Shown here piece after piece: positions 1 through 7,521 of a stretch of 30,766 bases of DNA (position 1 is the first letter of the stretch; each line of letters opens with the position of its first letter). The position numbers and the translations under genes are program-made. This stretch comes from a virus (taxonomy: Duplodnaviria; Caudoviricetes): positions 1 through 30,766 of the IMG/VR virus record IMGVR_UViG_3300047545_000399; one strand, 5' to 3'. A model generated the notes under the pieces. That model had not been told where the DNA came from, did not search any database, and saw only the letters and a list, made by a program, of their open reading frames with translations.

Positions 1-1150
1 ATATCCCGCCGAGCAACTGGCCTCCGTTTGCGAGGTCTTGCGTTAGTAGTTTAACCAATTCCGTTAAAGGTGGCACGGCTTCGGCAAAAATCCGGTCTAG
101 ATTCCCGCCAGTTGCAGCGCTTAGCTTTTTGAGCTCGTTATCAAGCTGTGCAACCTTTTGGATTGCATCCTCGGATAACGTGGCCCCCAATGCTTTAGCT
201 TCATCGCGTGCGGCTTTTATCCCTTGCGCGCCAAGCTCAAAGAAAGGTTTAAGCGAAGCACCATTTTTGCCGAGCGTTGCGGTTAAGAATGCTGTCTTTT
301 CCGCGTCGGACCCAAGGCTAACAACCGCGTCTGCGATTTGGTCTAAGACTTGTTCTGTAGCCAGCAAGTTACCGCTAGAGTCTCGAACGCTTATACCTAG
401 CTGATTAAACGCATTCGCCGCCGCGCTGCCCTCTTCATCCGCTGCAATCAAATTTTGCTGTAGCTTGCGAGTCGCCGCGCCAAAGTCCGCAAGGGTTGCA
501 TCGGTCTGTCCAAGCACAAAGTTATACTCGGCCACGGCTTGTGCAGTAGTGCCGATCTTTGAGCCAATTTCGCTAAATTTGTCTTGTTGAGCGATAAAAC
601 TCTGAAATCTAGCGCTTAGTTGACCAACTGCGCCCTCCAAAAGGCTCACAGCGCCCTGCGCTAGAGCAATTGCACCTGTTAGCTTACCAAACCCTATTGA
701 TGCGCCTGATGTCGTTTTGTCGGCTGCTTGCTGTGTCCGGCCTAAAGCATTGTCAAATGCTGTCTGATCAATACCAAGCCCAGCCGCAGCATCAGATCCA
801 CTTAGACCGCCACGTCGTGCCGCTGCATTGGCTTGCCTTGCCGCCGATACTAGAGCCGCATTTGCTTGCGATGAGCCCTTGCCCGCCGCTGCTGCAACAT
901 CCTCGTAAGCTTTGCGAATCTCTGCTAACTGTGCTTTTACCTGTGCCACCGGAGTAGCACGTAACCTTTTATAAGCTAACTCAAGATCAACTGAGGTTTT
1001 GTTTAATCCGTCTCGCAGAGGTGTTGTCGGGTCTTTAAACGCATCTCTCGTAACGCCGCTCGTGCTTGCAATCTTAGCTTTGAGCTTATCGACTGCTGCA
1101 ACAGCTTCGCCAACATCTGCACTAATCTTTAGCTTTGACTCTAGCGCCAT
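1..1150 (-). CDS. Tail tape measure protein (5' part; runs off window edge)
   Basis: ATG at 1150 (MALESKLKISADVGEAVAAVDKLKAKIAS...), Ala/Ser/Gln-rich helical sequence, directly downstream of the frameshifted chaperone pair. Absent from the ORF track, consistent with no stop inside the window. Confidence 0.85.
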   Translation of the reverse strand, partial: MALESKLKISADVGEAVAAVDKLKAKIASTSGVTRDAFKDPTTPLRDGLNKTSVDLELAYKRLRATPVAQVKAQLAEIRKAYEDVAAAAGKGSSQANAALVSAARQANAAARRGGLSGSDAAAGLGIDQTAFDNALGRTQQAADKTTSGASIGFGKLTGAIALAQGAVSLLEGAVGQLSARFQSFIAQQDKFSEIGSKIGTTAQAVAEYNFVLGQTDATLADFGAATRKLQQNLIAADEEGSAAANAFNQLGISVRDSSGNLLATEQVLDQIADAVVSLGSDAEKTAFLTATLGKNGASLKPFFELGAQGIKAARDEAKALGATLSEDAIQKVAQLDNELKKLSAATGGNLDRIFAEAVPPLTELVKLLTQDLANGGQLLGGI

Positions 1151-1151
1151 G

Positions 1152-1394
1152 TTATCCCTCGACTACCTTGCCCGCAACGAGTCCACCCAGCAACCCACTT
1201 GAAGCCGCCGCCATTCGCTTGGCCTGCGTTTCCTCTTGGTCTGCTATGGCTTCTAGCTCATTCTTAAGCCTGCGTAGCGTGTATTTGCGCATGTCGTTGT
1301 CAGTATGGCCATTAGCTCTTAAGGTACTAAAGATACGGGTCCAACTATGAGTCGCTCGATCCGGTTGGCCCATGTCGGATGAGCTGCGAAAAAA
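1152..1394 (-). CDS. Tail assembly chaperone, -1 frameshift extension (lambda gpT-like part of G-T fusion)
   Basis: The -1 frame after the slippery site reads FFRSSSDMGQPDRATHSW..., continuous with track ORF 1152..1373. Canonical position before the tape measure gene. Confidence 0.8.
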   Translation of the reverse strand, partial: FFRSSSDMGQPDRATHSWTRIFSTLRANGHTDNDMRKYTLRRLKNELEAIADQEETQAKRMAAASSGLLGGLVAGKVVEG

Positions 1395-1657
1395 TCCGAA
1401 TTGACCTCCATGATCTTCTCAATTAAAGCCAAGAACGCCTTAGCCTTCATCGCTTTAACTTTATCAACTGGCAGATCAGTCAGCTTTGCAATAAAGTCAT
1501 AACCGTCATCGTTAAACCCAAGCGCAACCCAGCTCGTGAAGTTACTTGCTTTGCTAAAGTCCTCGGCCCTGAATTGTTTAATCCCCAGCTTAGTCTTTCC
1601 AAGCTGAATAATCACCGGCTCATCGCTTGCAAAAATGTCGTCTAATTCAGTAATCAT
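1319..1657 (-). CDS. Tail assembly chaperone (lambda gpG-like)
   Basis: ATG at 1657 preceded by AAGGACAAC (SD-like). MITELDDIFASDE...EVNSDFF. Lies between the tail tube and tape measure genes. Confidence 0.8.
   Translation of the reverse strand: MITELDDIFASDEPVIIQLGKTKLGIKQFRAEDFSKASNFTSWVALGFNDDGYDFIAKLTDLPVDKVKAMKAKAFLALIEKIMEVNSDFFAAHPTWANRIERLIVGPVSLVP
1388..1394 (-). promoter_or_regulatory. Programmed -1 ribosomal frameshift site T TTT TTC
   Basis: Minus strand TCG GAT TTT TTC GCA contains an X XXY YYZ heptamer in the correct phase, and the -1 frame is open into 1152..1373. Confidence 0.8.
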
Positions 1658-1665
1658 GTTGTCCT

Positions 1666-2190
1666 TTAATTGGGTGCAGCAACCCAAGCAGAACCCGTGT
1701 TAAACACTTGCAAAGGCGCATTGCAAAGCGTTACTGTTACGGGCTGGCTTACGGTAGCATTTGTCGAGTCGGTGACGTTCACAGTGTAGGTGTGCTGATC
1801 GCAAACCGCATTGCCGGAACGTCGAATTTTTAGCCCTTGCTTGGGCGAATAAACGCGCCATTTGCAGTTGTTGTAAACCGCATATTGGCCGGTCTTAGAA
1901 TCTATTTGAACTTCGCCTGATGTGCCTTTGTGCGTCGGTGGCATGGGCGCATCCAATGTGTATTGCATTGCTTGGTGATCGCGCCAGATTCTCATATTCA
2001 TGGCTAGTGCCTCAGTGATTTTGCAGCATGGATTACAACCGTCTGAAACCGGTAGATCGGGCATGTCATTCAACCCGCCAAAGATCGGCACGCCAACATC
2101 AGCATCGATCATGCTTAGGGTTATGTTCTGCGAGGCAGTCTGACCACCTGCCGCCGTTGCTATAACTGTGTAGGTATGAGTCGCGGCCAT
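1666..2190 (-). CDS. DUF2793-like virion protein (head-spike base-like) carrying two Ig F-G hairpin-like segments
   Basis: Core ...LAMNMRIWRDHQAMQYTLDAPMPP...YAVYNNCKWRVYSPKQGLKI...VFNTGSAW resembles DUF2793. HTYTVxxT...SQxxTxxL segments lie at the N-terminus and inside the domain. Paralog of 2192..2611. Confidence 0.6.
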   Translation of the reverse strand: MAATHTYTVIATAAGGQTASQNITLSMIDADVGVPIFGGLNDMPDLPVSDGCNPCCKITEALAMNMRIWRDHQAMQYTLDAPMPPTHKGTSGEVQIDSKTGQYAVYNNCKWRVYSPKQGLKIRRSGNAVCDQHTYTVNVTDSTNATVSQPVTVTLCNAPLQVFNTGSAWVAAPN

Positions 2191-2191
2191 G

Positions 2192-2611
2192 TTAAGCCAC
2201 CACCCATGCAGCCCCAGTATTAAGCCATGTAAGACCGGTTGCAGTGCTTACGATTTGCAGTCCTGACTTAGCCGGATAAACCGCCCAAGTGCCGTTGTTA
2301 TAAACAGCATAAGCACCGGTCAAAGAATTGATCTGGCCTTGACCAGGAACACCAGACCCGCTCGGAGGCATTGGCCCATCCGAGCTAAAGCTAAGCCCGA
2401 TGTGATCCTGAATAATTCTTAGGGTCGCGTTCATGCCTTCGGGCATTCCGCAGCAAGTGCCTTCGTCTGCAAAGTCCGATGTGAAGCCGTTAAGCTGCGT
2501 TGAGCCCGAACCCCACGAACCCGGCTGAGACAGCGCTACGGTGATGTTTTGGCTTACTTGCGCGTTATTTGCGTCTGTTACCGTGACGGTATAAGTGTGA
2601 TTGTTTGCCAT
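2192..2611 (-). CDS. DUF2793-like virion protein (head-spike base-like) with N-terminal Ig F-G hairpin-like segment
   Basis: GMNATLRIIQDHIGLSFSSDGPMPPSGSG...YAVYNNGTWAVYPAKSGLQI...WLNTGAAW matches the DUF2793 pattern as I recall it. N-terminus is MANNHTYTVTVTDANNAQVSQNITVAL. Confidence 0.65.
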   Translation of the reverse strand: MANNHTYTVTVTDANNAQVSQNITVALSQPGSWGSGSTQLNGFTSDFADEGTCCGMPEGMNATLRIIQDHIGLSFSSDGPMPPSGSGVPGQGQINSLTGAYAVYNNGTWAVYPAKSGLQIVSTATGLTWLNTGAAWVVA

Positions 2612-3460
2612 TTAGACGCTCGCAACCGCGGGGAATATTTTATAGGCCAACCGCTTCGAGCCGATCTTGACCGATTCAATTTTGCCGGTCATCGGTTGGT
2701 TAAATAGCTCGGTATGGATTAGCGAAAACTGCGCCGGTCTTTGTAATTGAACGCGGTAGAAGATAGCCATAACGCTCAAAGGTTTACCGCAACTGTCTTT
2801 AAGCAAAGACTCACCTTCAAACACTAAAGAAACCGGAGGTAATTTGCTATCAGTTGATTCATGCTCAACCGTTCCCGACGCAAAGTAACTTGCACGCAAA
2901 ACCTGACGGTCTGTTAAAGCGCGGTCACGCATCATTCGTGGGCCTGCAACGGTCATTACGTAATCAACGCCTTCAACTAGGTTAACCGTGGCTAAAGTTT
3001 GAGTATCAAGCGCTTGGACCGTGTAAGGCTTTAACTTGTTGACTGGCGCTTGTGGTAAGGGGATTAGCTCACCCGCGCAAAGGTTTTGAGCGCACGCCGT
3101 AAAGACTTGTTCATTGACTTGCGTCTCTGATCGATCAGCCCCAGCAGTACCAAACGCGCGTTCAAAATTAGACTTGCCAAAGCAATGCAGTGTAAAGCTA
3201 ATGTTGCGTGCGTTTACCCACTCACCCGAGCAACCGTTACCGTCGTTTGTGTAGTCGTTAACCGAACTTGAGGCAATCTCAGTCTGCACATCTAACTGAC
3301 TAACATTGCCTAACGCTTGTTGTGCCGGTAGCTGTACATAATTTGCAGGCAGCACTAAACCCGTTGAACACTGACCGTCGTAGCCAGTGCCATCGGTTTT
3401 TAGTGCAGGGCCAGCATAAACCCGACCCCGCCAAACAATGCAGCAGTTATCTGTTGACAC
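2612..3460 (-). CDS. Second tail tube-like protein (paralog of major tail protein)
   Basis: Likely GTG start at 3460, 1 nt after the upstream stop. Shares motifs with 3462..4271: CC..RGR, LGNVSQL/FGNASDF, DYT/DYQ, GVDY, LVFEG/LAFDG, FYRV/FYRI, SLI/PLI. Confidence 0.75.
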   Translation of the reverse strand: MSTDNCCIVWRGRVYAGPALKTDGTGYDGQCSTGLVLPANYVQLPAQQALGNVSQLDVQTEIASSSVNDYTNDGNGCSGEWVNARNISFTLHCFGKSNFERAFGTAGADRSETQVNEQVFTACAQNLCAGELIPLPQAPVNKLKPYTVQALDTQTLATVNLVEGVDYVMTVAGPRMMRDRALTDRQVLRASYFASGTVEHESTDSKLPPVSLVFEGESLLKDSCGKPLSVMAIFYRVQLQRPAQFSLIHTELFNQPMTGKIESVKIGSKRLAYKIFPAVASV

Positions 3461-3461
3461 A

Positions 3462-4271
3462 TTAGACCAAGGCGAACGTACCGTACTGACTTGCACCCTG
3501 AGCTGTTACGCACAAGTCTTTAAGCACAGTGGCTTCAAAGTTAAACGAGGCTAGGTCATCACTGATTAAAGGAATGCCGCCGTTAGGCTTTGGCTTGATG
3601 CGATAGAACATACCTGAGAATGGCGAACCGTCGACAGCATTGAAGCCGTCAAACGCGAGCACGAACTCTTGGGTTGTTGCGGTCAAAATTTCGACCAAGC
3701 TATAAGCTCCATGCTCATAAGTAGCGGTAAACACTAGACCTAAAGCCGGAATAGTTGGCAAGTTTGGCGCGTTTTGGGTAATCGTGATGCCGTTACCTGA
3801 AACAGTGTAATCAACGCCTAGAACCAAACCAGTTGGAGCGGTAACAATAACGCTGGTTGTGTCGATGTTGGTTACTACGCGGCCCTGTGCGTCCTTGAAC
3901 GGGATGTACTGACCCTTAGCAACGATACGACCGCTAAACGTTGCGGCAGCGCTTGCGGCTTTAGATGCTGAAGTACCTGCATATTGGCGAGCAAAGTTAT
4001 CCGGACCTAAACAGCGACCGGTCAGCGAAATAGTAACGCTGTCAATCTCGGTTACTGAGCAAGAAATACCGCCGGCCGTTTGGTAATCTTTTTGCTCGGT
4101 ATCAGTGACCGTAGCATTGACGGTAAAGTCCGAAGCATTGCCGAAGTCAAGCAAAGGATAAGCGACTGGATCGCCGTTTTCGTCGATGCCGCAGCATGGA
4201 TCATATAAACCAAGTTTAATCTTACCGCGACCGCGAAAGCAGCATTTGTTTGTAGTTACGCAATTAGCCAT
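3462..4271 (-). CDS. Major tail (tube) protein
   Basis: Follows the terminator-like gene with a GGAG SD. Motifs FRGRGKIKLG, FGNASDFTV, LAFDGFNAVDG, FYRIKPKP, LISDDLASFNFEATVLKD are typical of siphovirus tail tubes. Confidence 0.8.
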   Translation of the reverse strand: MANCVTTNKCCFRGRGKIKLGLYDPCCGIDENGDPVAYPLLDFGNASDFTVNATVTDTEQKDYQTAGGISCSVTEIDSVTISLTGRCLGPDNFARQYAGTSASKAASAAATFSGRIVAKGQYIPFKDAQGRVVTNIDTTSVIVTAPTGLVLGVDYTVSGNGITITQNAPNLPTIPALGLVFTATYEHGAYSLVEILTATTQEFVLAFDGFNAVDGSPFSGMFYRIKPKPNGGIPLISDDLASFNFEATVLKDLCVTAQGASQYGTFALV

Positions 4272-4285
4272 TTTTAGGGCTCCTA

Positions 4286-4744
4286 TTAAGTTTGGTAATC
4301 CGAAAGGATCAAGGTCGAAACAGAAAAGCGAACGAGCGCATACGGCTTGTCGGCACTCGTTTCGATTTGTGACCCTAGCGGTGTCACGTTGATTTGCTGG
4401 CAGCTCATTCGAACGCTTGTGAGTGCGTTCATAATTGCGCTGCGCTTAGCAAAAATCTGGTCGTAAAAAGGGGATTGGCAAAAGCCATCTGCACTAATTG
4501 CTTTTTGCTGATTGCCCTTGAAAAGAATGTGCGCGGAAACCAAAAACGACAGACGATAATCGGCGCCTGAATCGCTTTGCTTTGTTTCCATCGTAATGAT
4601 GTTGGCGCAGTCCATTTGCTTAATAGACGGAGGATCAAAACGCTCAAACGCAACGCGATTACTAAGAAACTCAAGGCCCATAAGCGCTTCACGCATTGCG
4701 TTAACAATGTCGAGCTCTGCCTGAATCATCCAGTGCATTACCAT
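4286..4744 (-). CDS. Putative tail terminator/completion protein
   Basis: 152 aa, positioned between the head-tail joining gene and the tail tube gene. Assignment is by synteny only. Confidence 0.55.
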   Translation of the reverse strand: MVMHWMIQAELDIVNAMREALMGLEFLSNRVAFERFDPPSIKQMDCANIITMETKQSDSGADYRLSFLVSAHILFKGNQQKAISADGFCQSPFYDQIFAKRSAIMNALTSVRMSCQQINVTPLGSQIETSADKPYALVRFSVSTLILSDYQT

Positions 4745-5052
4745 GCTGAAACCGCCGGCTCTAGCGACTCAACAATATGCAGCTCATATTCTGTTAGCCC
4801 TGCAATGGAACCTTTGGGAGCATGGACTCGATACTGCGAATCGTTGTGAACGATCTGATCGCCTTGCGAAAGGGTTGCGGCAGTTTTTATAGAGTAAGTA
4901 AACCCCACAAAGTCGGGGGTACGAGTAAATGATTTCTTAAAAACTCCGCAAGACTGGTAGGCGCTGCCGTGGCATGGCGAAATGATGATTTGCTCACCAA
5001 AGACAGAGCCCAAAGACTGATTCAAGAGGCGATTGATTTCTTTACGAAACAC
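4738..5052 (-). CDS. Head-tail joining (stopper) protein, lambda FII-like
   Basis: 104 aa. VFGEQIII...QGDQIVHNDSQYRV...GLTEYEL resembles FII-like proteins, and the synteny fits. Confidence 0.6.
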   Translation of the reverse strand: MFRKEINRLLNQSLGSVFGEQIIISPCHGSAYQSCGVFKKSFTRTPDFVGFTYSIKTAATLSQGDQIVHNDSQYRVHAPKGSIAGLTEYELHIVESLEPAVSAW

Positions 5053-5401
5053 TGATGCGCCCTTGACGTAATACGATTGGATTACCCGCAGTAGTGCTTG
5101 CGGTAATCTTGTAGTTGTAGCGCAGCAAACCGTTGCCCATAGCCGTGGTTTGCGTTGCTGTTAGGTCAAAGCAAACCTTGGCCGGTACGCCCGCCGTATA
5201 AGTGCCGACAATCTCAATCGGGCCATTGATCGGGCAGCCGCAGTTACCCAAAATGTCATCGATAACTAGCTTGGGATTTACTAACGGACTAGGCCACTGG
5301 CAACCCGTGGAGTCAAAGCAAATAGCCATGTTATCGGCTTCAAGGTATGAGCTACCTTGCTTGATGCAAAACACCTGCTGATCGCATCCGCAGCACTTCA
5401 T
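5042..5401 (-). CDS. Small beta-sandwich virion protein (BppU-N-like fibre/adaptor), Cys-rich
   Basis: IKQGSS...CFDLTATQTTAMGNGLLRYNYKITA...LRQGRISVS resembles common phage beta-sandwich adaptor proteins. 9 Cys in 119 aa by hand count, beginning MKCCGC. Confidence 0.5.
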   Translation of the reverse strand: MKCCGCDQQVFCIKQGSSYLEADNMAICFDSTGCQWPSPLVNPKLVIDDILGNCGCPINGPIEIVGTYTAGVPAKVCFDLTATQTTAMGNGLLRYNYKITASTTAGNPIVLRQGRISVS

Positions 5402-5673
5402 GGCGTCTCGCCTTTGACCTTTTGGCCTTCTTTGTATTCTTCGATTTGTGCCTTTTGTGCGATGCGTACTATTGCACCCATGAAGACAACTAAAGCAGCA
5501 GCCATTACGCCAAGACCGACAAAGCCAAAGAAGCTATAAGCCAGCGCTAGGAGCATGACAAAGAACACACGGTAAAACCCGCAGAACGCGCAGCCATTAC
5601 CAAGCCAATAGACGAACTTGACCGCCGGTAACGATTCGTCGCCGCCGTTGAATAGGTATTCTTTGACGGTCAT
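5398..5673 (-). CDS. Small membrane protein with CxxCxxxR motif (DsbB-like motif)
   Basis: GCAFCGFYR is followed by a long hydrophobic stretch (about two TM helices) and a charged C-terminal tail. Confidence 0.6.
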   Translation of the reverse strand: MTVKEYLFNGGDESLPAVKFVYWLGNGCAFCGFYRVFFVMLLALAYSFFGFVGLGVMAAALVVFMGAIVRIAQKAQIEEYKEGQKVKGETP

Positions 5674-5843
5674 TAGTGCAAAACGACCGGATAAACAGCC
5701 GCGCCGCGCAGTACCAATGCAAACCAGACAGCATCTAGGGTTTGCTCAAGCTGGGCGTCGGTCATTGACTCAACGTCGATAGGCGCACAGCTACCACCGC
5801 CGCGTTTTCCGCAGGCTTCTAAAACATTTTGATTGTCGAACAT
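5673..5843 (-). CDS. 56-aa hypothetical protein with C-x7-C Gly-rich loop (not in ORF track)
   Basis: Hand translation: MFDNQNVLEACGKRGGGSCAPIDVESMTDAQLEQTLDAVWFALVLRGAAVYPVVLH*. The TAA overlaps the next ATG (TAATG), and it is the first ORF after the 20-bp motif. Confidence 0.7.
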   Translation of the reverse strand: MFDNQNVLEACGKRGGGSCAPIDVESMTDAQLEQTLDAVWFALVLRGAAVYPVVLH

Positions 5844-5873
5844 AGCAAGAACTTTGAAAAGTTAACTTGCCTC

Positions 5874-5919
5874 AAAATAGTCAAAACACGCTTATGTTTC
5901 TAGGGTGAAAAACCTACCT
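5874..5919 (-). promoter_or_regulatory. Conserved 20-bp motif (copy 1) plus -10-like TATTTT; putative late promoter
   Basis: AGGTAGGTTTTTCACCCTAG at 5900..5919 (minus strand), then 20 nt, then TATTTT. Confidence 0.7.
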
Positions 5920-6288
5920 CTACTTGCCACGCTGAAAGTGCGGGCCATCGACTATTCGCTTCCAGTCACCGCCCCAAACATTTTCGGGGTCGAGTGACTT
6001 CCAATACTCGCCCATTGGTCTGATTTCTTCGGCAGTGCAAAGTTTCCCGTCCTTGAACACGTTGAAGTCAATCGCTAGCCTCTCAATGTGCTTGCTGTTC
6101 ATCGTTAATGATCGGCCTGCATTAAAATGCAATCGTTGCTGTTCTACTGTTCTTGCGGCTTCCCCAAATGTCAGTACGTAGCCGTTTTGGAACGCCCAAA
6201 TAATGAGGTATGCCGTGTGCACAACGAATCTTGCTTGATCGCTTACCCGCTTGGTGTACGGGTCAAAGTTGATCGGGTTAGCCATCAC
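5920..6288 (-). CDS. Endolysin, M15-family metallopeptidase
   Basis: RTVEQQRL, SKHIERLAIDF (SxHxxxxAxD), WGGDW and DGPHFQ are Peptidase M15 motifs. Confidence 0.9.
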   Translation of the reverse strand: MMANPINFDPYTKRVSDQARFVVHTAYLIIWAFQNGYVLTFGEAARTVEQQRLHFNAGRSLTMNSKHIERLAIDFNVFKDGKLCTAEEIRPMGEYWKSLDPENVWGGDWKRIVDGPHFQRGK

Positions 6289-6817
6289 GCCGGCCCATCA
6301 TTTCCGTTACCTTAGCGATAACATCGTCCTTGCCCTTGCTCGAGCTGGTCGAGCCGAAGTAAAACCCAAGCACCAAAGTCATTAAGCCAACAACAGCCGT
6401 GCGAACGTCAGCCTCTTTGGTTATGTATAGAATAATCATGCCTGTGCTGATAACAAAAATTGCCAACATTGCAGCGATGTTTTTAGTTAGCCAGGATGCG
6501 TGAACCGACTCATTAACGCGAGTGTTCATATCACGCGCCGATGCTCGATCTTGCATGGCAATCTTATCGCGTTCGATACTTTGCTTTTCAGCTTCAAGCG
6601 TATAGCTTAAAAGATATTCCTCGTGTTTAGTCTGTAGCTCAAGTAACCTGTACCGGCCCTCCTCGGTCTGCATTGTTTTTTCAATGTCAACGCCAAGCTT
6701 TTCTTCAATAACTTGCTTGCCTTTAGCCTTGATCGCAGAAGACAAAAGACCTAAGCCGGATTCAGCTAGGTCTTTTAGTAGTGGTATCGCGATTGCCGCT
6801 ACCAGTGGCGCTACCAC
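6278..6817 (-). CDS. Putative holin (3TM-holin-like)
   Basis: Amphipathic N-terminus, coiled segment with DRASAR, two TM segments ending in GFYFGSTSSSKGKD. Directly upstream of the endolysin. Confidence 0.7.
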   Translation of the reverse strand: MVAPLVAAIAIPLLKDLAESGLGLLSSAIKAKGKQVIEEKLGVDIEKTMQTEEGRYRLLELQTKHEEYLLSYTLEAEKQSIERDKIAMQDRASARDMNTRVNESVHASWLTKNIAAMLAIFVISTGMIILYITKEADVRTAVVGLMTLVLGFYFGSTSSSKGKDDVIAKVTEMMGRRDG

Positions 6818-7167
6818 TAAGACTCATCCTTCGCCTGAATACCATCGGCTAAAACAACGTGACGCTCGATGAGCATTTTCGTGATCGTGTCGTAGGCTGT
6901 CTTTACTTCATTGTACTGAGCCCGCATAACGTCAAGCTCCACCCGCATAAACTCAAGGTCTTTTTTTAGTTTTTCAGTCTCAGACTTTGGGTCGCCAACT
7001 AGGTTAGGGATTGCGGCACTGCCAGCGCCAACTAAAACACCTATGACAGTAATAATAAGTTCTTTGTTAGATGGCGGAACGGGTATAAAAGTTAGATACG
7101 CTACAAGCGCAATCAATACCAATACCAAAAAACCGGATGCTAAAAACTTGCGCGTATCGTTACCCAT
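6817..7167 (-). CDS. Membrane protein with two TM segments and coiled coil (holin/antiholin-like)
   Basis: Two hydrophobic segments followed by a heptad-like C-terminus, within the lysis cassette. Confidence 0.55.
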   Translation of the reverse strand: MGNDTRKFLASGFLVLVLIALVAYLTFIPVPPSNKELIITVIGVLVGAGSAAIPNLVGDPKSETEKLKKDLEFMRVELDVMRAQYNEVKTAYDTITKMLIERHVVLADGIQAKDES

Positions 7168-7176
7168 TCACTACTC

Positions 7177-7512
7177 CTACTTGATGGCTTTTGTCGAAGC
7201 CGCTGATTTCTTAGCCTTGTTCGCCTTACGATTTTCGCGGTCAGCTTTACGTGCGTCTCGACGTGCCTTGCGTATTGCAGGCGGGTCAATGCCTAGCGCT
7301 AGACTCAGAGCCTTCTCGGATACGCCTAGCTTTTTAAACGCAGCAAATACTTCGTCTAGTGCAGTATCCGACTCTAGCTCTTGTGCATCAATAGTACCGT
7401 CGTCGTTAAAGTCCATCTCAGCAAAAACCTCCGCTACTACCGGAGGCAACTCCGCTAACTTGATAGGCTCACCAAAAGGTGTTTCGTATTTGATTGGTTT
7501 GAGTTCGCTCAC
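7177..7512 (-). CDS. Hypothetical protein with EF-hand-like loop and basic C-terminal tail
   Basis: GTG start with AAGGA SD. Contains DFNDDGTIDAQEL and a Lys/Arg-rich tail. Confidence 0.7.
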   Translation of the reverse strand: MSELKPIKYETPFGEPIKLAELPPVVAEVFAEMDFNDDGTIDAQELESDTALDEVFAAFKKLGVSEKALSLALGIDPPAIRKARRDARKADRENRKANKAKKSAASTKAIK

Positions 7513-7521
7513 GATTCGTCC

